A DNA stretch of 64,000 nucleotides, taken from contig OY760937.1 of NCBI GenBank assembly GCA_963664225.1, positions 5,120,001-5,184,000 of the forward strand. The letters are read 5' to 3'. The position numbers and the translations under genes were made by a program. Shown in pieces: positions 54,453 to 64,000 of this stretch (position 1 is its first letter; the number at the start of each line of letters is the position of its first letter). Source of the DNA: Verrucomicrobiia bacterium (GTDB lineage Bacteria; Verrucomicrobiota; Verrucomicrobiia; Limisphaerales; UBA1319). Under the pieces are notes generated by a model. It did no database searches, was not told where the DNA came from, and worked only from the letters and a program-made list of their open reading frames with translations.

Positions 54453-56465
54453 TCAAATCTTGGGCGTGGGTTGGCCGACTGTAGGTTGATGCAGCACCCG
54501 ATGAAGCGCTTCCAGCAGGGGGGCGGTGGAGAATGGCTTTGCCAGGGAAATCCCAACGCCAAGATCCTTGGCTTCAATGGCTTTAGTTTTTGAGACGGCA
54601 CCGCTTATGGTGATAACCTTGATTTCCGGGCGAATCTGTCGCAAAGCACGGATGGTTGCGATGCCGTCCATCATTGGCATGGCCAAATCAGTTAATACCA
54701 CTTGAATTTCCGCCTGGTGTTGTGAAAATATTTTGAGGGCCTCAATTCCATCATTGGCAGTGACAACTCGATAATTAAATTGCTGGAGTGTTTCCCGCGT
54801 GATGTCACGGACCAGAGGTTCGTCTTCGACCAGCAGGATCAATTCATTGGAACCATGCGGTAATAGATCCCCAACCGTGTGTTTATCGATGGGGGTTTGA
54901 CTGGGAATAGAGTCGGGCATGGCGGGCAAATACACACGCATGCTGGATCCCTGGCCGGGCTTGCTGTCCACCTGGATAAAACCCGCGTGATTTTTAATCA
55001 GACCAAGAGAACTGCTTAAACCCAGGCCGCTGCCCTGGCCGATGCTTTTGGTGGTAAAGAACGGGTCGAATATTTTGTCCTGGATTTCCGGCGCCATCCC
55101 GATGCCGGTATCGGCTACCTCGATCATCACATACGATCCGACACGGGCTTCGGGATTTACCTGGACGAATTTCTCGTCCAATTCAACATTCGCGGTTTTG
55201 ATGGAGAGTACTCCGCCTTGAAGCATGGCATCGCGGGCATTGTCGCATATGCTGGTAAGAATCTGTTGAAGATGGCTGGCATTTCCATAGAAAGGCCAAA
55301 GATCTTCGTTGATGGCGGTTTGTATCTTTATGTTTTCGGGGAAAGTTTCCCGGATCAGGATGATGACGTTCTCCACCACATGACGTGTTTGAATAAGGGC
55401 GTAATCCATTTCCGCCCCTTTGCTGAATGTGAGCATCTGGCGAATCACATCTGCGCTGCGCCGCACACTGGTTTCGATTTGATTCAAAAGATGTTCCCTG
55501 GCTGCGTCATTGGTGGACTCGTGTCGGAGGAGGTCCACACCTATGGCGATGGGCGCCAGGGCGTTGTTGAGGTCATGAGCGATACCGCCAGTCAGGGTGC
55601 TGATGCTCTCCAGCCGTCGGGCGCGTTGATACCGGGCCTGAGCCATTTTATGCTCGGTCAAATCTGTGTTAATAACGAGAATGGATTTTGCGGTGCCACT
55701 GCTGTCACGAATCAATGTCCAGCGGCTGTAAACATATAGGTCGCGCCCGTTTCTGCTGTTCAGGCGCAATTCGCCGGCCCATTGACTGGTTTGCAAAACC
55801 TGGCCATGAAGACTGGCCAGATGCGGAATTTCGTCCGGGTGATACATTTGTTCCACGCCAGCGCTGGACGCTTCGCCGACAGTCCATCCAAACATGCGCT
55901 GCGCGCCAATGTTCCAATAGCTGAGCCGCGAATCCAATTCGCGCACATAAATCGCATCGGGCACCAGGTCGAGCAGGGCGGCCTGCTCGCGGATGCGGTC
56001 TTCGGCTTGAATACGCTCGACCATTTGGTTGCGGAGTTTCAGATTCGCGTTTGCCAGGTCGGCGGTGCGCTCGTTGACGCGGGTTTCGAGAGCATCACGA
56101 CCCTGCTGTAAATCGGCTTCCACCTGATGCCGCACTTTGATTTCATCCCGGAGACGATTGTTTGCGGACTCCAGTTCGCTGGTTCGGGTGTCTATTTCAT
56201 TTTGGATTTCTCTGCGCTGATGGCGCAATTGGATGGCGTAAAGGGTCAGGATGAGGGTCCATATGAGGCCCACGACAAACAGGAGCCAGACCGGAAGTTC
56301 GGAAGCGGTGGCGCTGAAAAACGCCGCTAAAAAACTGGAGGCAGCGAAATACGGTTCCGCCCAAGTGTTGTAGGAAATCCCGAAAACACTGGCGGCGATC
56401 AGAATAAACCCGGCTATTCGGCTCCCGGGTCCGAAGTCTCCGGCGTGATTCTTCGAATTCTTCAT
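54453..56465 (-). CDS. Hybrid PAS sensor histidine kinase/response regulator
   Basis: 2 TMs, coiled coil, PAS (YWNIGAQRMFGW), GIAHDLNN, DTGIGM, FDPFFTTK, receiver LLVEDE...TDLAMPMMDG...KPF. Confidence 0.92.
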   Translation of the reverse strand: MKNSKNHAGDFGPGSRIAGFILIAASVFGISYNTWAEPYFAASSFLAAFFSATASELPVWLLFVVGLIWTLILTLYAIQLRHQRREIQNEIDTRTSELESANNRLRDEIKVRHQVEADLQQGRDALETRVNERTADLANANLKLRNQMVERIQAEDRIREQAALLDLVPDAIYVRELDSRLSYWNIGAQRMFGWTVGEASSAGVEQMYHPDEIPHLASLHGQVLQTSQWAGELRLNSRNGRDLYVYSRWTLIRDSSGTAKSILVINTDLTEHKMAQARYQRARRLESISTLTGGIAHDLNNALAPIAIGVDLLRHESTNDAAREHLLNQIETSVRRSADVIRQMLTFSKGAEMDYALIQTRHVVENVIILIRETFPENIKIQTAINEDLWPFYGNASHLQQILTSICDNARDAMLQGGVLSIKTANVELDEKFVQVNPEARVGSYVMIEVADTGIGMAPEIQDKIFDPFFTTKSIGQGSGLGLSSSLGLIKNHAGFIQVDSKPGQGSSMRVYLPAMPDSIPSQTPIDKHTVGDLLPHGSNELILLVEDEPLVRDITRETLQQFNYRVVTANDGIEALKIFSQHQAEIQVVLTDLAMPMMDGIATIRALRQIRPEIKVITISGAVSKTKAIEAKDLGVGISLAKPFSTAPLLEALHRVLHQPTVGQPTPKI

Positions 56466-56647
56466 GAATAATGAGCGTGCCGAACCGAAGCCGTAATGCC
56501 TGTTGATTCAAAATTCAGAATGCTGGCACCGGGCGGGCAAGGCCGCTCCCTGTAAGCTCATCCAAAACGAGCCTTGTCATTTTTATATATCAATGGATGT
56601 CAACTCCGCAAGATAAACTGTAGAACTTATGCGTGGCGTGTCAGGCA

Positions 56648-57346
56648 TTAACGCAGAGATCGGCCATAGTGTCGCAACCAATTTTCGGCCTCCAGATAAT
56701 GGGGATCCATGGTTTCGACAAGCCGCCAGTAGGCGGCGGAGTGGTTCATTTGACTGAAATGAGCCAGTTCGTGAACGATGAGGTAATCCCGCACGGATGG
56801 CGGCATCTGAATCAGACGCCAATTGAGGCTGACTGTGCCGCGTGACGAGCAGGAACCCCAGCGCGAACGTTGGTTGCGCACGCAGATCCGGCGCAGGGGG
56901 GCTTGGTGCAGCCTGGCCAGCTCGAAAGCGCGGACCGCGATCTCCCTTTTTGCAAGACGCCAGAGATGGGTTTCAATGATTGTCCGAAAATCCTGCAGGT
57001 CCACTGGGGCGCTCAAATGTTGATCGGCAAACTTTATAATCTGACCCTCGAGGGTTGCCTCACAACAAACATGCTCTGGCAAACCCCGAAAAAGAATCTC
57101 AGTTCCCTGCCGCCAGCCGGTGAATGCGGCCATCTGTGTGAGACGCTGCTCGCGTTGGCGCAGGATCCAATCCTTCTTGCGTTGCGCAAAGGCCATGGCC
57201 TCGGAGCGATTGCCTCCGCGCGGAATGGTCACATGCAGCGTCCCGTCCGCTTTTACCCTGAGTATGTAACGCCTGGCCCGCGCGTTGTGGCGCAGTATTG
57301 TGGGCACATTCTCAAGAGCGAATGGTTGCAGCAGAGCTTCAACCAT
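56648..57346 (-). CDS. YgjP/DUF45 (M48/SprT-like) metal-dependent hydrolase
   Basis: RSRWGSCS, LNWRLI, DYLIVHELAH, NHS. Confidence 0.85.
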   Translation of the reverse strand: MVEALLQPFALENVPTILRHNARARRYILRVKADGTLHVTIPRGGNRSEAMAFAQRKKDWILRQREQRLTQMAAFTGWRQGTEILFRGLPEHVCCEATLEGQIIKFADQHLSAPVDLQDFRTIIETHLWRLAKREIAVRAFELARLHQAPLRRICVRNQRSRWGSCSSRGTVSLNWRLIQMPPSVRDYLIVHELAHFSQMNHSAAYWRLVETMDPHYLEAENWLRHYGRSLR

Positions 57347-57348
57347 GA

Positions 57349-57852
57349 CTAAGGGGTCTGGATCATCACCCCCGCTTCGCCTTTCGCTGTCTGCGCCTTG
57401 CGAAAATTTTCCCAGGCTGTGCGAAATTCCGGGTATTTATTTCCAAGAATGGCGGTGGCCAGAAGGGCGGCGTTTATGGCACCTGGTTTGCCTATGGCCA
57501 GCGTGCCCACCGGAACCCCGCCAGGCATCTGTACCATCGACAATAAACTATCCATTCCATGCAGGGATTTCGTTTCCATCGGCACGCCAAGAACGGGAAG
57601 CAGGGTCTTTGCCGCAGTCACCCCGGCCAGATGCGCGGCACCTCCTGCTGCGGCGATGATTACCTCCAAACCGCGTTCTGCTGCGCCGGAAGCATAACTG
57701 AACAGCAGGTCGGGCGTTCGGTGTGCGGAGATGATGCGCACCTCATGGGGGACACCCAGTTGCTCGAGTTGCCGGGCTGTGAATTGCATGATTTCCCAGT
57801 CCGATTGACTGCCCATGATGACGCCAACCAGGGGTTTCTTGATATCTGCCAT
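57349..57852 (-). CDS. purE: N5-carboxyaminoimidazole ribonucleotide mutase
   Basis: IMGSQSD, SAHRTP, AGGAAHL, SMVQMPGGVPV; ATG 57852. Confidence 0.96.
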   Translation of the reverse strand: MADIKKPLVGVIMGSQSDWEIMQFTARQLEQLGVPHEVRIISAHRTPDLLFSYASGAAERGLEVIIAAAGGAAHLAGVTAAKTLLPVLGVPMETKSLHGMDSLLSMVQMPGGVPVGTLAIGKPGAINAALLATAILGNKYPEFRTAWENFRKAQTAKGEAGVMIQTP

Positions 57853-58125
57853 AGTTTTGCAGTGTGATATACATTTCAAACCGGCTTCTGGCAACCGTGG
57901 AACTTTTTTTGCGACCGATATTTTTGGGTCATCGCGGGTCGTTCGTGGCGAAGTGCAGCGAGGCAATGAGTCGCAATGGATTGACGGCGGAATATTATTA
58001 ATTGTGGAAGAAATGGGGGCTGTGAGGATAGACTGTATTCACCTGCGTCAAAGCTTACCATTGACAATGAATTGCCTGCTTATTTACTTGCGTGCTGTCT
58101 CCAATATCATAGCCTTTTATCAATT

Positions 58126-59166
58126 ATGGCGGCCATAACAAAAACCAAGAAACGCCTTTCTGCCACTGGCAAGACAGCAAAAAAACCGATAAAGGCCCAA
58201 AAGCAGGAAGCCGTGGACGAAAAAACCACGAAGTCCAAAGCTGACGAGTCTTTCGAGGCTGAAGCTGCGTCCATTGCTCCGGTTCGGGCTGCCCATGTGG
58301 AAAGAACCGTCCCGGCCGAGGAAAAAGAGGAGCGCACCTCTTACGATGCCGATACCGCCATCAAACTTTATTTGCGGGAGATCGGCCAGGTCAAATTGCT
58401 CACACCTGCCGAGGAGGTGGAGTTGGCGGCCAGGATTAAAAAAGGGGACAAAAAGGCTCGCGAGCAGATGATCAAGGCGAACCTGCGTCTTGTCGTCAAA
58501 ATCGCGCATGACTACGAGGGCCTTGGATTACCGCTGCTGGATTTGATCAGTGAGGGAAATATCGGGTTGATGAAGGCGGTCGAGCGGTTTGATCCGGCCA
58601 AAGGCGGAAAACTCTCCACTTACGGTGCCTGGTGGATCAAGCAATCGATCAAACGGGCTCTTGCCAACCAATCCAAAACCATCCGCCTGCCGGTGCATTT
58701 GGTGGACAAAATTTCAAAGATGCGCCGTCTTTCGTTAAAGCTTCAGGAAGAGTTGGGACGTGAGCCTACCGATGAAGAGTTGGCTGAAGAATTGGGCATG
58801 ACCGCCAGCCGGGTGACCCAGTTGCGGACGGCTGCAATTCGTCCGGCCTCGTTGGACGCGCCCATTGGGGACGACGAGTCGAATAATTTTGCCGAGATCG
58901 TCCAGGACGAGAACGCGGAAACGCCTTATCAGGAGTTGGAGGACAAGACAGTCACCAAAATGTTGCAGGAAATGGTCAAAACTCTCGATCCGCGTGAGGC
59001 CACCATTTTGCGTTATCGTTTTGGATTGGATGGCGGCACTGAAAAGACCCTCGAGGAAGTGGGCGCCAAATTCGGCGTAACTCGCGAGCGTGTGCGGCAG
59101 ATTCAAAATATTGCACTGACCAAACTGCGCAAAATGATCCAGAAACTGGAGGTTGTTCGCAAATGA
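58126..59166 (+). CDS. RNA polymerase sigma-70 factor, RpoD/RpoS-like (regions 1.2-4, no acidic region 1.1)
   Basis: LYLREIG, ANLRLVVKIA, DLISEGNIGL, STYGAWWIKQ, TLEEVG...TRERVRQIQ. Confidence 0.93.
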   Translation: MAAITKTKKRLSATGKTAKKPIKAQKQEAVDEKTTKSKADESFEAEAASIAPVRAAHVERTVPAEEKEERTSYDADTAIKLYLREIGQVKLLTPAEEVELAARIKKGDKKAREQMIKANLRLVVKIAHDYEGLGLPLLDLISEGNIGLMKAVERFDPAKGGKLSTYGAWWIKQSIKRALANQSKTIRLPVHLVDKISKMRRLSLKLQEELGREPTDEELAEELGMTASRVTQLRTAAIRPASLDAPIGDDESNNFAEIVQDENAETPYQELEDKTVTKMLQEMVKTLDPREATILRYRFGLDGGTEKTLEEVGAKFGVTRERVRQIQNIALTKLRKMIQKLEVVRK

Positions 59167-59699
59167 TACCCGGAAAAGTCACAGTCGAGGAGTTGGCGCA
59201 GGCGGTGCGGAATATCCCTGACTTTCCCACACCGGGAATTCAGTTTAAGGACATCACCCCCATTTTGGGCGATGCCCGGTTGTTTGCGGGCTGCATCGAT
59301 TTGCTTGTTGGGAATTATAAACCAGGCATGGTCGATGTCGTCGCGGGCATTGACGCACGCGGTTTTATTTTTGCCGGCGCCGCCGCCATCAAGTTGAATG
59401 CGGCTTTCGTGCCGATTCGCAAGAAAGGCAAATTACCCTTTCAGACATTCGAGCAAAGCTACAGCCTTGAATACGGGACAAGCACGGTCGCCATTCATAC
59501 CGATGCGGTCCAACCGGGGGCGCGGGTGCTTTTGGTGGATGACCTCCTGGCTACGGGAGGCACTGCCGCTGCTGCCGCTCAACTGCTTAATAAGTGCGGG
59601 GCGAACATTCTCGAAATGTGCTTTGCGATCGAACTGAAATTTTTGGATGGGCGAAAACGCCTTTCCGGCGTTCCTGTTCGCTCCCTGGTGCAATACTAA
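59163..59699 (+). CDS. apt: Adenine phosphoribosyltransferase
   Basis: PDFPTPGIQFKDITP, DARGF, RKKGKLP, LEYG, VDDLLATGGT. Confidence 0.96.
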   Translation: MIPGKVTVEELAQAVRNIPDFPTPGIQFKDITPILGDARLFAGCIDLLVGNYKPGMVDVVAGIDARGFIFAGAAAIKLNAAFVPIRKKGKLPFQTFEQSYSLEYGTSTVAIHTDAVQPGARVLLVDDLLATGGTAAAAAQLLNKCGANILEMCFAIELKFLDGRKRLSGVPVRSLVQY

Positions 59700-59767
59700 T
59701 GGAGCGACCAGCCCTGTTCGCATTACGGTGCATGTTGCAAGGCCCCATATCCTGAGACCTTCAGACG

Positions 59768-61927
59768 ATGTCTTTTTTATCCGCCATCGATGTTAGCCTC
59801 TTTCGTTGGATCAACCAGGGGTTGACCAATCCCATATTCGATTGGCTGATGCCCATTCTGAGCGGTAATTCGTTCTTCAACGCGGCGGTTGCGATTCTGG
59901 TTTTGGCGCTATTGGTCAAGGGCGGGGCGCGAGGACGCATCTTCGTAATCACCATTCTCTTTTCATTGGTCGTGGCGGACGGTCTTCTGAGCCACACCAT
60001 CAAAGATCTCGTGGCGCGTCCCCGGCCCTTTCTGACCTTGACCGACACGCGGCTGCTGGTGGGGCGGGGGGGGAGCTTTAGCATGCCATCGTCGCACGCG
60101 GCGAATTGGTTTGCCGCTCTGATGGTCACTTTTGTGTTTTATCGAAAAGCCGTGTGGGTCGTGGCGCCGCTGGCTGTGGGAGTCTCTTTTTCGCGGGTGT
60201 ACAATGGAGTGCATTATCCCAGCGATGTTCTGGTTGGAGCCATAATGGGCGCGGGCGCGGGCGCGGCCGTCATTTGGACGATGCAAATGGCATGGCGCAC
60301 CGTTGGTCGTCGTCTGTGGCCGCTGTGGTGGGAAAAACTCCCGGTGCTTTGTCAGGCGCCTGGCGGACGCCAAAAGCAAGCTTCGCAGCCCATGCCAGCC
60401 AGTGACGATGCGGCTCGTCTTGACCGCCATTGGCTCAATCTAGGGTATGTCCTTATACTGGTGGTGCTAGCGGCCCGCTGGATCTATCTGGCAGGGGGCA
60501 GCATCGATTTAAGCGAGGACGAGGCGTATCAATGGCTGTGGTCCAAACATCCCGCCCTTTCTTATTACAGCAAGCCGCCATTGATCGCCTACACACAACT
60601 TGCGGGCACTTCGATTTGGGGGGACACGGAATTTGGCGTTCGTTTTTTTTCGCCGCTCATCACGGCGGGACTATCCTTGATTCTGCTCCGTTTCATGGCT
60701 CAGTTGGCCAGCGCACGGTTGGGGCTCTGCCTGGTTTTGGCGGCCACCGCGACGCCTCTATTTGCGGTGGGGGGCGTCTTGATGACCATCGATCCACTGT
60801 CCGTTTTGTTTTGGACCGCAGCCATGATCAGCGGATGGCGGGCGGTGCGTGAGGATTCCACACGCTGGTGGCTCTGGACCGGTCTATGGATGGGGCTGGG
60901 TTTCCTGAGTAAATATACCTCCCTGTTCCAATGGTTATGCTGGGCTGTTTATTTTGTCCTGTCACCGGCCGGGCGCCGGCAATTGAAGCGCCCCGGATTG
61001 TACCTCGCTCTGGGAATCAATTTGCTTCTGGCGACCCCAGTGCTCCTGTGGAATGCCCAGCATGATTGGATCACGGTCTTTCATGTGGCGTCGGATGGCG
61101 GCCTTCAAAAAGAATTCCAGCCTACCTTGCGTTACATTCGTGAATTCATCCCCATCGAAATCTTTCTCCTCAACCCGGTCTTCTCGCTGGCCACCTTGTG
61201 GGCCTTAGTGGCGTTCTGGCGGCAAAAACCAAGGGATGAGCGTCTGGTCTATTTGTTCTGCATGGGCGCCCCGGAACTCATTAGTTACACGCTGCTTTCG
61301 ATTCATTCGCGGGTTTTGCCCAACTGGATTGTTCCGGCAGTCGTTCCGTTATTCGCCTGTGCCGCCCTTTATTGGGATAAAAAGTGGCGCGACGGATTCA
61401 GACCCGCCCGGACCGGGCTGTTGGCGGGATTGTTTATCGGCGTTCTGGCGGTGGTCCTGATGCACAATCCAAACATTGTCACCAAAGTCACGCACTACCA
61501 GATTCCGCCCCGTTTCAATCCCCTGCGTCGTGTGCAAGGTTGGAAGGAAACCGCCTCCATGGTGGGAGAGGCCCGCAATCACCTGCTCCAGGAGGGCAAG
61601 CCTGTTTTCATTGTGGGGGATCACTATGGCATCACAAGCCAGATTACATTTTATCTGCCCGAGGCCAGGGCCTGTGTCAGACAAATTCCGTTGGCCTATT
61701 ATCAAACGTCCGCCCATCCTGAAAATCAGTTCTTTTTCTGGCCCGGCTACAAAGATCGCAAGGGCCAGAACGCCATTTATGTCAGGATTACTGAGGAACC
61801 GGGGGCTGCGCCGGAGAGGTTGGCGAAGGAATTTGCGTCGGTGACGGACTTGGGAATCCACGAGGTGCTTTTCAAGGGGAATGTCTGGCGGCACCTGCAA
61901 CTTTTCGAGTGCCGTGATCTGCATTAA
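59768..61927 (+). CDS. Fusion of PAP2 lipid phosphatase and ArnT/PMT-like (GT-C) glycosyltransferase
   Basis: PAP2 C1 KDLVARPRP, C2 PSSH, C3 SRVYNGVHYPSD; then DEAYQW, YYSKPPL, GFLSKYT and many TMs. Confidence 0.85.
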   Translation: MSFLSAIDVSLFRWINQGLTNPIFDWLMPILSGNSFFNAAVAILVLALLVKGGARGRIFVITILFSLVVADGLLSHTIKDLVARPRPFLTLTDTRLLVGRGGSFSMPSSHAANWFAALMVTFVFYRKAVWVVAPLAVGVSFSRVYNGVHYPSDVLVGAIMGAGAGAAVIWTMQMAWRTVGRRLWPLWWEKLPVLCQAPGGRQKQASQPMPASDDAARLDRHWLNLGYVLILVVLAARWIYLAGGSIDLSEDEAYQWLWSKHPALSYYSKPPLIAYTQLAGTSIWGDTEFGVRFFSPLITAGLSLILLRFMAQLASARLGLCLVLAATATPLFAVGGVLMTIDPLSVLFWTAAMISGWRAVREDSTRWWLWTGLWMGLGFLSKYTSLFQWLCWAVYFVLSPAGRRQLKRPGLYLALGINLLLATPVLLWNAQHDWITVFHVASDGGLQKEFQPTLRYIREFIPIEIFLLNPVFSLATLWALVAFWRQKPRDERLVYLFCMGAPELISYTLLSIHSRVLPNWIVPAVVPLFACAALYWDKKWRDGFRPARTGLLAGLFIGVLAVVLMHNPNIVTKVTHYQIPPRFNPLRRVQGWKETASMVGEARNHLLQEGKPVFIVGDHYGITSQITFYLPEARACVRQIPLAYYQTSAHPENQFFFWPGYKDRKGQNAIYVRITEEPGAAPERLAKEFASVTDLGIHEVLFKGNVWRHLQLFECRDLH

Positions 61928-62798
61928 CGCGCCTGGAGCCGGGCTTCGGAGCCAATGGAAGGTGGCGGATTACGACCTGAACGCCACCATCGAGTCGGGG
62001 CAGGCTTTTCGATGGAAACCCCACGAGGCCGGATGGGTCGGCGTGGTCGATGGCCGCTGGGTCCGTTTGAAAACCAGCCACGGACGCATCGAAGCAGAAG
62101 TCGCTCTTCCCTGTGGTAACTGGCGATGGCTTGAGGAATATCTCCAACTGGATGTGGATTATGCCCAGGTGATCCGCAGTCTGCCCGGAGACGAGCCGAT
62201 GCGGCGCGCCGTTGAATGCTGCCACGGGCTGCGACTCTTGCGGCAGGATCCGTGGGAATGCCTGGCCTCGTTCATTCTTTCGTCCACCAAGCAAATCGTC
62301 CAAATCCAACAAGTCATTGAGTTGTTGTGTCAACGGTATGGCGCGCCAATTCCAGTGCCTGCGGGCTGGCCGAAGGTGAACGCTTTTCCCACAGCCGAGC
62401 GATTGGCGGCTGTTTCCGAGGCGGATTTGCGATCCTGCAAAATGGGCTTTCGCGCTCCGTACTTGCGGGAGGCCGCGCGTCAAATCGCTTGTGGCAGCCT
62501 GGATCTGGGTGCGTTGACCGGGCTGCCCATGATTGAAGCGCGTAATCGATTGATGGAATTGCCGGGGGTTGGCAGAAAAATTGCCGATTGCGCGCTGCTT
62601 TTTTCATTGGGTTTCGCGCAGGCTTTTCCGGTGGACGTCTGGATTCAGAAGGCCTTGCAGGAATGTTATTTTTCCAAACGGCAAAAAATTCCGCTCGCCC
62701 GGATGCACGCGCTCGTGGAGACTCAGTTCGGACCGTGGGCCGGTTACGCGCAACAATACTTGTTCCATTATTTCAGGGTGATTCAACGTAACCATTGA
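61914..62798 (+). CDS. 8-oxoguanine DNA glycosylase (Ogg1-like, HhH-GPD)
   Basis: DLNATIESGQAFRW, LRLLRQDPWECL, HhH LPGVGRKIADC, FPVDVWI, AGYAQQYLF; start uncertain. Confidence 0.85.
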   Translation: MICINAPGAGLRSQWKVADYDLNATIESGQAFRWKPHEAGWVGVVDGRWVRLKTSHGRIEAEVALPCGNWRWLEEYLQLDVDYAQVIRSLPGDEPMRRAVECCHGLRLLRQDPWECLASFILSSTKQIVQIQQVIELLCQRYGAPIPVPAGWPKVNAFPTAERLAAVSEADLRSCKMGFRAPYLREAARQIACGSLDLGALTGLPMIEARNRLMELPGVGRKIADCALLFSLGFAQAFPVDVWIQKALQECYFSKRQKIPLARMHALVETQFGPWAGYAQQYLFHYFRVIQRNH

Positions 62799-62825
62799 TC
62801 GAACGACCGCCTGTCTCTTGGATTT

Positions 62826-63578
62826 ATGAATGCAACACTTCAAGTTCTTTTCAGCCCGGCGGAGTTCGCCGCGCTTTCAAGCTGGGAATTGTCCCGCACC
62901 ACCTGCGTGGTCTTCGATGTGCTCCGGGCAACCAGTTCGATGACAACGGCACTGGTCAACGGCGCAACCGCTGTTTACCCGGTGGCGGAAATCGGGGAGG
63001 CGCTGGCTATTCGGCGGGACCACCCTCAATCCCTGCTTGCGGGGGAACGAAACGGTTTGCGCATTCGCGCTGAACAAAGCGGCGGCATCGATTTTGATCT
63101 GGGGAACTCACCGCGTGAATTCACCCGGGAACGCGTGGCTGGACAAGCCATTGCCATGACCACAACCAATGGCACGCGGGCGCTGCGTGCGTGTCGCCAC
63201 GCAAAAGCGGTGCTGGCCGGAAGTTTTCTGAACCTCGGCGCCACTGTGGAGTGGATCAGGAGAAATTCCGTGGAGAACCTTTTGCTGGTTTGCGGTGGGA
63301 CTTTTGAAGAGGCTTCCTTTGAAGATGCGTTGGCGGCCGGAGCGGTGTGCGATCTGGTTTGGTCTGAATTCGAGCGCGCGTCTGATTCAGCCCAGATGGC
63401 ACGTCTGCTTTACCAGGACTCCGCCGCCGACCTGATGCGGGCCATGCAACATGCGCGCAACGGCAGGCGTTTACTGGAAAATCCGGAATTGCGGGACGAT
63501 GTTGCTTTTTGCATGCGCGTCAATGCCATGAACGTCGCCGCAGTGCTGCAAGAAAACGGAGCGTTGATACGCGGGTAA
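62826..63578 (+). CDS. comB: 2-phosphosulfolactate phosphatase family protein
   Basis: VFDVLRATS, LAGER, GNSPRE, TTTNGT, EDALAAG. Confidence 0.88.
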   Translation: MNATLQVLFSPAEFAALSSWELSRTTCVVFDVLRATSSMTTALVNGATAVYPVAEIGEALAIRRDHPQSLLAGERNGLRIRAEQSGGIDFDLGNSPREFTRERVAGQAIAMTTTNGTRALRACRHAKAVLAGSFLNLGATVEWIRRNSVENLLLVCGGTFEEASFEDALAAGAVCDLVWSEFERASDSAQMARLLYQDSAADLMRAMQHARNGRRLLENPELRDDVAFCMRVNAMNVAAVLQENGALIRG

Positions 63579-63612
63579 ATGGGCCAGTCGTGGACTTACA
63601 CGCCGCGGAATG

Positions 63613-63780
63613 TCAGCGTTTGTTGAGAATGTAGATCAACACCCCGAAAGCGATGGAGATGAAGATGCCAACCACCACCGCCCATCGAAAGATTTGTTGG
63701 TGGCGTCGCCGGTTGCTGCGGCCCATTCCAGGCAGCAGGTAATACCGCATCTCCTCTTTGTTTTTCTTCTCCCAAAACAT
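63613..63780 (-). CDS. Small 55-aa single-TM protein not in the supplied ORF track
   Basis: Hand translation: MFWEKKNKEEMRYYLLPGMGRSNRRRHQQIFRWAVVVGIFISIAFGVLIYILNKR; basic N-term plus clean TM helix. Confidence 0.65.
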   Translation of the reverse strand: MFWEKKNKEEMRYYLLPGMGRSNRRRHQQIFRWAVVVGIFISIAFGVLIYILNKR

Positions 63781-63916
63781 AATCTCGAGGTGCGATCACC
63801 CGGCCCGGTTTAAATAGGAAATCCAACCCATAAGTTCTTTTGATTCGCTGTGGCTATGTTATGAAGGCAATTCCGGAGGATGGCAAATCCTAAATCCTCT
63901 TAAGCCTCAGCCCTTT

Positions 63917-64000
63917 CTATTTGCTGCCGGGTTTGGATGTGGGCATGGCTGCCAGGTCCGGTGGCAGGCGGTCTGGATCGAAAGTCTCGATGTTCATGGC
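63917..64000 (-). CDS. Possible C-terminal end of a gene entering from the right edge
   Basis: Open frame AMNIETFDPDRLPPDLAAMPTSKPGSK-stop; too short to assign. Confidence 0.3.
   Translation of the reverse strand, partial: AMNIETFDPDRLPPDLAAMPTSKPGSK

Noticed and set aside
63596..63826. 76-aa minus and 67-aa plus ORFs from the track
   Set aside because: A different minus-strand frame (63613-63780) gives a far more plausible membrane protein

Overview
A GC-rich bacterial chromosomal window. Gene content and style (lamin-tail/CotH-type secreted protein tail, ECF sigma factor with long membrane extension, dnaK-groES-groEL operon, nusA without rimP) suggest Verrucomicrobiota; this is an inference. 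In order: a beta-propeller sensor kinase with GNAT and Zn-ribbon genes; a sulfate ABC transporter (sbp-cysTWA); nusA-infB-rbfA-DHH-truB-ribF with a leader terminator; lpxI; dnaK-groES-groEL behind a likely sigma-54 promoter; a DUF3494 ice-binding-like protein; a six-gene Hyf/Ehr-type membrane complex whose large subunit lacks NiFe-binding cysteines, led by a coupled excisionase-HTH/PTS-EIIA regulator with a 10-bp-phased operator array; a short C4 Zn-ribbon protein; a Fur-family regulator with sufBCDUTS; gdhA; a complete-looking group II intron with RT/maturase and an apparently non-canonical 5' end; a MATE transporter; NfeD-flotillin; a multi-TM ECF sigma factor; a large unknown secreted protein; an STN-domain subtilase; a hybrid PAS kinase; a YgjP-type hydrolase; purE; and a sigma70-apt-PAP2/GT fusion-Ogg-ComB cluster. 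No rRNA, tRNA or CRISPR array was seen. All calls come from motif recognition by eye; no searches were run. The best candidate for an under-described system is the HTH-EIIA-controlled Ehr complex (23408-31502).
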